Below are positions 1 to 6,415 of a DNA stretch of 24,545 nt, in pieces. This stretch comes from a virus (Duplodnaviria; Caudoviricetes), in the IMG/VR virus record IMGVR_UViG_3300020043_000079, positions 1 to 24,545 of that record; one strand, written 5' to 3'. A model generated the notes under the pieces. That model worked only from the letters and a program-made list of their open reading frames with translations. It was not told the DNA's origin and made no database searches. A program made the translations under genes and the position numbers. Every line of letters starts with the position of its first letter. Positions within the stretch are counted from its first letter, which is position 1.

Positions 1-371
1 GTAATTGTCGTGGCTGTTGCACTGATACCACCGTTCAGGGTGCTAAATGCACTGGCAAACGGGTTAGCCGCCATTGGGTTGACGGTCTTACGGATTGGGG
101 TGATGTCGTAGTAGAAGCCACCCTTCTCGATGTAGTACTTAAGGTTTGTGCCTACGCCCAAATAGTTCGTGCCGTCCAGATCAATCCAGTTCCAGAGCGA
201 GCGGGCAACGCCATCATAGGTAAACGAGGACAAACGGATCCAACCACCGATTTTTTCAGGGAATCCCGAGCGGAAACGGATCTTGTCACAGTCATACCAA
301 CCGCCTTCGTTGGCGTAGTCAGTGCCTTCGCGGTTAACACCGGGGCGGAAGGTAAGTTTCTGTAACGGCAT
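1..371 (-). CDS. Putative tail tube/head-stabilisation protein (P22 gp10 / T7 gp12-like position), N-terminal part, truncated by the window edge
   Basis: Not in ORF track. Hand translation from ATG at 371 gives MPLQKLTFRPGVNREGTDYANEGGWYDCDKIRFRSGFPEKIGGW..., open to base 1. It starts 6 nt after the endolysin stop and resembles a conserved N-terminus of uncultured podovirus-like tail proteins (from memory). Confidence 0.75.
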   Translation of the reverse strand, partial: MPLQKLTFRPGVNREGTDYANEGGWYDCDKIRFRSGFPEKIGGWIRLSSFTYDGVARSLWNWIDLDGTNYLGVGTNLKYYIEKGGFYYDITPIRKTVNPMAANPFASAFSTLNGGISATATTI

Positions 372-376
372 AATAG

Positions 377-892
377 TTATCCAAGCATGGAAGTTGCTTT
401 GATTTTAACTGCAGCAACACGGTTTAGCCATCCTTTGCCAAACGTGTCAAATGTATTGAGCGACCGGTAGAAGTCCTCTTTGGCTTGGCTAAACTTCTCG
501 ACCAGCTCTTCAGAAGAAAACTGATTTACCGCAGCTAAAGTCATAGGGCCAATACCACCATCAGGCGTAGCACCCACGGCAGTCTGCAGGATCTTGGCGC
601 TACGTCCGGGGCCAGCGTTCACGGCAAAGTCAAAGACTAGGTAATCAATACCCGACGGCAGCTCGTCGCACTTGCAGGCGTCCCAGAACTTCTTCTTGTA
701 TAGTGGCTCGACCTTTTCAGGCGTAAGACCACGCATCTCTTTCTCGTCTGACTCGCGCCCAACCCAGTTTTCCCACGTTGCTTTGGTAACTCCAAGGTTG
801 GTCATTCCACCGGGATCGGACGGGTGATTAACGAATCCTCCCTCGCTCGCCAGCATCAGTTTAAACGCGTTGTCCCAGTTACTTGCCGCCAT
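377..892 (-). CDS. Endolysin, glycoside hydrolase family 108 with C-terminal PG_binding_3-type domain (171 aa)
   Basis: Motifs SEGGFVNHPSDPGGMTNLGVT, FDFAVNAGPGR, DGGIGPMT and FGKGWLNRV. Likely start is MAASNW at 892; the extra 40 codons in the ORF track overlap the holin. Confidence 0.92.
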   Translation of the reverse strand: MAASNWDNAFKLMLASEGGFVNHPSDPGGMTNLGVTKATWENWVGRESDEKEMRGLTPEKVEPLYKKKFWDACKCDELPSGIDYLVFDFAVNAGPGRSAKILQTAVGATPDGGIGPMTLAAVNQFSSEELVEKFSQAKEDFYRSLNTFDTFGKGWLNRVAAVKIKATSMLG

Positions 893-1304
893 CTTGCTTC
901 TCCGTAAGTTTGCCTTGACGCATATCAACAATCTTTTCCAACGTCCTGCCACCGAAATAGAAGGACATAATAAGCATCCCCCAAGATCCCAGCAATTCAA
1001 CATACTTTGCATTGGTCTCTAAGTCGAACGCGCTCATCATGGCAAATGTGAAGTAACCAGCAAGGATAGCAATCAAGGTCATCGGGCGAATGTTCTTTGA
1101 CAACCAAGAGTCTGATGCCATGTCCACCGTATGGCGCTTGGTAAGCTCTCCTTGCTCCTGCATATCGGCTTGCATCTTGGCGAGTTCGCCATTTTGCTGC
1201 ATCTGCATCAGCTCAAGCTGCGCTTTTGCTTTCTGTTCAGGATCAGGGAAAAACTTGTCTAGCACCTTCATGCCGATGCCAAGAATATCCATTATCGGTA
1301 ACAT
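879..1304 (-). CDS. Holin, GTA_holin_3TM-like (141 aa)
   Basis: Pattern LDKFFPDPEQKAKAQLEL...SDSWLSKNIRP, two hydrophobic segments, and FYFGGRTLEK. Overlaps the endolysin start. Confidence 0.82.
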   Translation of the reverse strand: MLPIMDILGIGMKVLDKFFPDPEQKAKAQLELMQMQQNGELAKMQADMQEQGELTKRHTVDMASDSWLSKNIRPMTLIAILAGYFTFAMMSAFDLETNAKYVELLGSWGMLIMSFYFGGRTLEKIVDMRQGKLTEKQDGGK

Positions 1305-1305
1305 A

Positions 1306-1392
1306 TTAGAACCGCACGCCTGAAAACCATGCTTTAGTTGTTGTCCACTTGGCGCTACACCAAGCCTTGAGTGCTTCCCATTTTGCTTTCAT
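1306..1392 (-). CDS. 28-aa cationic amphipathic peptide MKAKWEALKAWCSAKWTTTKAWFSGVRF
   Basis: Not in ORF track. ATGA overlap with the upstream stop, GGAG 8 nt before the ATG, and TAA 1 nt before the holin ATG, so it fills the gap exactly. Confidence 0.7.
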   Translation of the reverse strand: MKAKWEALKAWCSAKWTTTKAWFSGVRF

Positions 1393-2075
1393 TTGTCCAT
1401 CTCCGATGCGGCTAATATCATTCGGGTCTTAACGGATATCAAGTCCCGTGGCTCAGACTTAAAGCCTACAGCAATGTACCCAGCAAACTTGCCAATCTCG
1501 TTGGGTATTGAAGCCCTGCACATGTAAGTAACACCCATCAGCTTTGCCCACTCACCAACGGGACTAGATGATTCAAAAGGCTTACACGCTACTTCGTTGT
1601 TCAACATTGACACTACATCTGCATTGCGCTCAGGGCTGGCGGCAAAGAGGCTAACTGTTAAACCTTCAAGCTTGTGGTTGCGCTCACCGTTAGCAATAGC
1701 TAATACTGTTGTGCGTGAGTTTGTTGCAAGATTGACCTTATTAACCACAACCCCAACAGCATTTACCTCTTTGACCAAAGCGTTTGCCAGAGGAACCAAC
1801 TGTTCGTGGTCTTTAATTTGCGGCATTGAGCTGTTTGACTTAATTGCAGCTAAGATAACTTGACGGCTGTCCCATGCAAAGTATCCGGTGAAAGCAATCG
1901 TGGACAACAGAATGACGGAAACGAGCTTGAACGGGTTATCCACCCACTTAATCAGATCAAGAATCTTGTCGGTCATGTCGCGTGGTACGGTTTTGGGTGT
2001 AGCCTTAACAACAGACTTTCGTGCCGCCGCTCTCTTTACAGGCGCTTTGGCTACGGTCTTTTTTGCCGTGACCAT
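1389..2075 (-). CDS. Single-pass membrane protein with Lys/Ala-rich N-terminus and soluble C-terminal domain (possible T4 holin T-like/GAF-like)
   Basis: 228 aa. TM segment LVSVILLSTIAFTGYFAW; C-terminal YMCRASIP...FAGYIAVGF; located in the lysis cassette. Function is inferred. Confidence 0.6.
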   Translation of the reverse strand: MVTAKKTVAKAPVKRAAARKSVVKATPKTVPRDMTDKILDLIKWVDNPFKLVSVILLSTIAFTGYFAWDSRQVILAAIKSNSSMPQIKDHEQLVPLANALVKEVNAVGVVVNKVNLATNSRTTVLAIANGERNHKLEGLTVSLFAASPERNADVVSMLNNEVACKPFESSSPVGEWAKLMGVTYMCRASIPNEIGKFAGYIAVGFKSEPRDLISVKTRMILAASEMDK

Positions 2076-2076
2076 A

Positions 2077-2370
2077 TCAGTACCATTTAGAAAGTAGCAA
2101 CACGGCTAGCACAGCCGCTGTGGGAAACAATACATCAAGGACAGCATCAAGCGTCCAATACTTTGGATTAAACCCCGCATACCACGGCATATTGGCTCGT
2201 TTGCCACCAAAGTCAGTGTTGATCGCTTTGTACTCAGCCTGAGCGTGTTCGCGCCCAAAGAAGAAACCAATAGCAAGCAATGCTCCGGCAAACGCATTTC
2301 CTGTTAACAGCCAGACTGCGCTTTGCATTAACAGAGCGAATCCAGCGTGTTCAAAGTGTGTGCGATTCAT
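2077..2370 (-). CDS. Small multi-pass membrane protein (97 aa), phage hypothetical
   Basis: Two to three hydrophobic segments, GREHAQAEY motif, GGAGG RBS, TAATG coupling with the upstream ORF. Confidence 0.8.
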   Translation of the reverse strand: MNRTHFEHAGFALLMQSAVWLLTGNAFAGALLAIGFFFGREHAQAEYKAINTDFGGKRANMPWYAGFNPKYWTLDAVLDVLFPTAAVLAVLLLSKWY

Positions 2371-2459
2371 TAATACCCCTCCATGTCTTTATCTACCTGA
2401 GCGCAAACCCAGAAAAAGAACCCGACAATCGCTATTAATATCAACAACAGCCACCACAT
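2370..2459 (-). CDS. 29-aa single-TM micropeptide MWWLLLILIAIVGFFFWVCAQVDKDMEGY
   Basis: Not in ORF track. TGATG overlap upstream and TAATG overlap downstream; fills the gap exactly. Confidence 0.65.
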   Translation of the reverse strand: MWWLLLILIAIVGFFFWVCAQVDKDMEGY

Positions 2460-2611
2460 CATTCGATTTCAGCCGGTTTCTTAACCTGCTCTTCTGCTTG
2501 CTTTTTAATTTCTACAAGCAACGGAAATGCACCTGATGACGTTGGAAGCTGTCCAAGGGTTTGCAAGATTGCATAGACCTGTTCAATATCAAGCGTGAGG
2601 GTGACTTTCAT
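2459..2611 (-). CDS. 50-aa protein MKVTLTLDIEQVYAILQTLGQLPTSSGAFPLLVEIKKQAEEQVKKPAEIE, directly downstream of the fibre gene
   Basis: Not in ORF track. GGAG 7 nt upstream of the ATG at 2611; its stop overlaps the next start. Confidence 0.78.
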   Translation of the reverse strand: MKVTLTLDIEQVYAILQTLGQLPTSSGAFPLLVEIKKQAEEQVKKPAEIE

Positions 2612-2625
2612 TTTATATCTCCAAA

Positions 2626-5600
2626 TTAAGTAATAACGGCTAGTTTGCGGACGGTTCCTGCGCTGTCCTTAACTTCAATATAGCCCGTGATAGCCACATC
2701 GGATGTGCCTGTGAGTGTACCAAAACGTACCCGTCCTGTGCCTTTTGGTGTCAGGGTTATGTCGATATTGGTGTCTGTGCCTTGCGCCGACAGTGTGGCA
2801 GCGTTGCCTGTAGCCCCACCATTTACTCGCAAATAGTTAACCGCAGAAGCAGTATTGCCAATATTAAATTGAGTTGCAGAATTGCTTGCAAAGAAATATT
2901 GTCCTGTGCCTTTTGTGGATAAAAATAATGGTACGTTTGTATCACTACCTTGTGTAGTAAAAGTTGGGCCGCTGCCAGCAACTCCACCACTCGCCTGTAT
3001 AAAATTAACAGAGGAGGCTGTGTGGGCTATAAGGAATTGCGTTCCTCCCGTACCAGTAGCAAAGTTAAGCAACCCGGTGCCTTTTGACTGCATCAACAAG
3101 TCAATATTTGTGTCAGAACCAGCAGCACTTAAAGATGGGGCGCCAGCAGTGATTTGTCCTTGCGCCTCAATATAATTCACCGCACTAGCAACAGGCGTGA
3201 CACGCAGTGATTCTGCGCCTACTAATCCACCGATTGATGTTTGTCCAGCAAATACGTTCGCAGCCGTACCCGCAGCGTAGAAGTTAAAACGACCCGTACC
3301 GCTAGCAATGTTGCCGTAAAAGCCATAATTGTTGGTTGCGCCAACAAGGGTCGTATCTACAAAAAATCCGTATTGGTTTGTAACAGCGGATGTAGCCCCA
3401 ATCGTACCTTGAGTTGCTTGGTAGTGACTTAAACTACTCAAAGTAAACGCCGCTGCTTGCGTAAAAGGCTGCGTTCTAAAAAGTGTTGCTGCTGTAGTTA
3501 CATCTGAAGCTATTGTGTTAATTGCTCTAACGCTAACTACACTTGTAGCCCCCGTTAAAGTGTGTCCAATGTTTACAAAAATACTTGCAACCGTTGATGC
3601 GCCAATCCCCACTCGCCCTGCGCTATCAATCCGCATCCGCTCAACAGAAGTAGCAGAACCATCAGGCGTAGTTGCAAACACTAAACGACCCGGCATTGAT
3701 GTTGCCGAAACAGTACCTGTATCAACTTCTGCAAGCATTACGGCTGCACGAAGCCATGTAGAAGCATCACCAGCACCAAAAAAGTTTAGCGATCCAAGAT
3801 CAACGTTTGCGCTGACAGCCGATAAAGTTCCAGCAGTCCCGCTTAGGCTTTTATAAAATGCCAAATCTCCTCTTGCAGCGGTGCCAGTAGAGTAATTAAA
3901 TAATCCAATTCCAAGCGATTGATTAGCCGTTGAATGAGATTGAATTGTTGAATAAAAAGTACTTGGTGTTGAAGCTAATGATGTTAGCCCTGTTATTAAA
4001 TTGCCGCCCGAATCCACCACAACAGGACTGGCATCAGGGTTAGCTGAATCCTCAATTAACAATGCGTTACCTGCGCCAACTTGCGTGATGCGTAGTGCGT
4101 CGCTAGAACTGTTAACGCTAATGGTTGTAGCACCACCAAAGAAGTTATCAGCCGTACCGTTGGCATAGAAGTTGTAGCGTCCTGTGCCAGATGCTATGTT
4201 GCCGTAGAAGCCGTAGTTGTTGGTTGCGCCTGTGAGCGCTGATTCAGCAGTAAAACCGTATTGATTTGTTACTGTTGAGTCAGCATTAAATGGGTCTTGC
4301 GTTGCAGAGTAATGTTTCAATCCAGTAATGGTGTAAGGAACAGCTCCGTTTTCTGCGGTTGTTGCTATTGTTTGGTTATAGTTAGCCGATGATGTTACAG
4401 TTGGTTGAACAGTTCCACCCCAGTATGCGCCCCACGCAGTTGTCCCGCCAGTAATTGGAGTGCCAAGTCTAAATGTTTGTGTGGGCAATGAGGATGCTCC
4501 AATCCCCACATTACCCGAACTGGTAATCCGCATCCGTTCTGTTGGGCTAGACGCACCATCAGCCGTGGTGGAGAACACCAAGCGTCCGGGCATATCGTTT
4601 GCGCCGGGTGTGCCGTCTACAAATGATTCAATTTGTGCTGCTGCAATAAACGCTGTTCCATCAGACCCAAGGAAATCTACCTTTCCAACACCATCGTTAT
4701 TTCTAACAATTGTGTAATCACCTATAGAAGTTCCTCCAGAGTGCGCTATCGACAATTTAGGTGAATTTACAGTTGTTGCCCATCGACTTAATGTTGCGCC
4801 ACCTTGAGATACGCCGTTGCCAACTTCCATAATTTGCAACGGTGAATTAAAGTTTGCTGTGGTTATTGCCGATGTATTACCAATAATTACTTTGCCGTTT
4901 GCATCAATAACCGTAGGAGTAGCGTCAGGGTTAGCGCTATCCTCAACTAGCAGAGCGTTACCTGCTCCGACCTGAGTAATCCGTAAAGCATCTGAAGATG
5001 AGTTAACGCTAATTGTTGTAGCGCCACCAAAATAATTGGATGCTGTGCCGTTAGCGTAGAAGTTCCAACGTCCTGTGCCTGAGGCTATGTTGGAATAAAA
5101 TCCGTAGTTGTTTGTTGCTCCTGTAAGGTTTGGGGCAGCCTCAAAGCCAATTTGATTTGTAACCGTTGATCCTGCACCAATACTGTTTTGTTGAGCACTA
5201 AAACCAACTAAACTCGGCAATGTAAACGAGGCAGCGGCGGTGCTAGGATAGCTTACATACATCTTAGCTTGAGACGTTACATCGCTTTGCACATATCCTG
5301 AAGTATATGTGTTCCATACGACTGTCTTGCCCGTCAATGGTCTTGATATCACTAATGCGGAGCTTAGCTCAATCCCGCTTCCAATTTGAACGCGCCCAGA
5401 GTCAGGAGTTGATACAGTGCCTGCGCTGTCAATGTACATACGTTCTGTAACGCTAGACGCGCCATCAGCAGTAGTGGAGAACACTAACCGGCCCGGCATA
5501 TCGTTTGTACCGGGTGTTCCGCCTACATCAGAACGAATCAATGCAGCGGTAATATTGCTTGTGCCATCGTAGCCTTTGAATACCAATCCTCCTAGCTCAT

Positions 5601-6414
5601 CTCCACTTTGAACGGCTGCTGGACTTGCTTGTGTACCCCTGCCTTTTACTATTGCTGGATAATTCCCTGAAGAAGCGCCATAAGCCCTAAATGAAGGGGT
5701 AATATAACCATCCCCACTCACATCAAGGATGTCTTGTGGTGATTGCGTTCCTATACCAACCCTACCATCAGCAGATACAACAAACGGTGTGGAGTCTGTG
5801 CTAGCGCTATCCTCAACAAGCAGAGCGTTACCTGCTCCTGTTTGTGTAATACGTAATCCAGAAGACGAGCTATTTGCGGTAATAACCGTAGCGCCATCGT
5901 CAGCAATAGTTACGGCAGAGTTTTGAACCAACTTGCCTGTTGTCCCATCGTATCGTGCTATAGCGTTATCTGTAGCAGAAGCGGGGCCAACTACATCGCC
6001 GTTAAATGCACCGGTTACGACGTTTGTGCCGTTACAGAACACAAGTGCAGATTGGTTATTAGGTACTGCAACGCCTGTTCCAGCCGCCGTTTTAACCGTA
6101 ACAGTCTGACCGCACAAGTTCTGTACGATGTAGGATTTTGTAGCTGTCGGGCAAACAACCGTAGCGGCAGCGGAAGGGTTGCCAGCACCGTCGTCATCAA
6201 TAACCAGCATGGCACAACGAGACTCTGATGTAGTTCCATCGGCTGTAGTTAATGTGTGAGAATTAGCTGTCCAAGTGTTAATCGTAGCAAGACCTGCGAT
6301 AGCTTGCTCAACCATGGAAGTAATGTTGTCGTTTACTGTGTTGCCCCAAGTACCGTTTAACTCACCGGTTACAGGCAACGCTAGCTTTAGAATCGGGGTG
6401 TATGCGGTAGCCAT
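2626..6414 (-). CDS. Long tail fibre / receptor-binding protein built of internal repeats (1262 aa)
   Basis: Gly/Thr/Ser/Ala-rich. Fibre motifs GPASATDNAIARYDGTTGK and ERMRI..SGNVGIG; three ~290-aa repeats. Confidence 0.85.
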   Translation of the reverse strand: MATAYTPILKLALPVTGELNGTWGNTVNDNITSMVEQAIAGLATINTWTANSHTLTTADGTTSESRCAMLVIDDDGAGNPSAAATVVCPTATKSYIVQNLCGQTVTVKTAAGTGVAVPNNQSALVFCNGTNVVTGAFNGDVVGPASATDNAIARYDGTTGKLVQNSAVTIADDGATVITANSSSSGLRITQTGAGNALLVEDSASTDSTPFVVSADGRVGIGTQSPQDILDVSGDGYITPSFRAYGASSGNYPAIVKGRGTQASPAAVQSGDELGGLVFKGYDGTSNITAALIRSDVGGTPGTNDMPGRLVFSTTADGASSVTERMYIDSAGTVSTPDSGRVQIGSGIELSSALVISRPLTGKTVVWNTYTSGYVQSDVTSQAKMYVSYPSTAAASFTLPSLVGFSAQQNSIGAGSTVTNQIGFEAAPNLTGATNNYGFYSNIASGTGRWNFYANGTASNYFGGATTISVNSSSDALRITQVGAGNALLVEDSANPDATPTVIDANGKVIIGNTSAITTANFNSPLQIMEVGNGVSQGGATLSRWATTVNSPKLSIAHSGGTSIGDYTIVRNNDGVGKVDFLGSDGTAFIAAAQIESFVDGTPGANDMPGRLVFSTTADGASSPTERMRITSSGNVGIGASSLPTQTFRLGTPITGGTTAWGAYWGGTVQPTVTSSANYNQTIATTAENGAVPYTITGLKHYSATQDPFNADSTVTNQYGFTAESALTGATNNYGFYGNIASGTGRYNFYANGTADNFFGGATTISVNSSSDALRITQVGAGNALLIEDSANPDASPVVVDSGGNLITGLTSLASTPSTFYSTIQSHSTANQSLGIGLFNYSTGTAARGDLAFYKSLSGTAGTLSAVSANVDLGSLNFFGAGDASTWLRAAVMLAEVDTGTVSATSMPGRLVFATTPDGSATSVERMRIDSAGRVGIGASTVASIFVNIGHTLTGATSVVSVRAINTIASDVTTAATLFRTQPFTQAAAFTLSSLSHYQATQGTIGATSAVTNQYGFFVDTTLVGATNNYGFYGNIASGTGRFNFYAAGTAANVFAGQTSIGGLVGAESLRVTPVASAVNYIEAQGQITAGAPSLSAAGSDTNIDLLMQSKGTGLLNFATGTGGTQFLIAHTASSVNFIQASGGVAGSGPTFTTQGSDTNVPLFLSTKGTGQYFFASNSATQFNIGNTASAVNYLRVNGGATGNAATLSAQGTDTNIDITLTPKGTGRVRFGTLTGTSDVAITGYIEVKDSAGTVRKLAVIT
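3240..5890 (-). repeat. Three diverged ~870-890-nt coding repeats within the fibre gene
   Basis: The LRITQ.GAGNALL.EDSA anchor occurs at about 5821, 4951 and 4060 (spacings 870 and 891 nt). MPGRLVF.TT.DG and GATNNYGFY.NIASGTGR.NFYA each occur three times. Confidence 0.9.
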
Positions 6415-6415
6415 A

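Noticed and set aside
152-340. 62-aa minus-strand ORF in the track
   Set aside because: Out-of-frame shadow of the partial gene starting at 371.
893-1012. 40-codon N-terminal extension of the endolysin (possible signal or SAR region)
   Set aside because: It lies wholly inside the holin gene in another frame and has no TM character; the GH108 domain starts right after Met at 892.
2106-2297. Nested 63-aa ORF as a possible Rz1-like lipoprotein
   Set aside because: No convincing signal peptide or lipobox, and the host gene lacks Rz (single TM plus coiled coil) architecture.
2626-6414. Diversity-generating retroelement or invertible segments acting on the fibre
   Set aside because: No reverse transcriptase or invertase in the window; the repeats are in-frame, direct, and do not appear to differ specifically at adenines.
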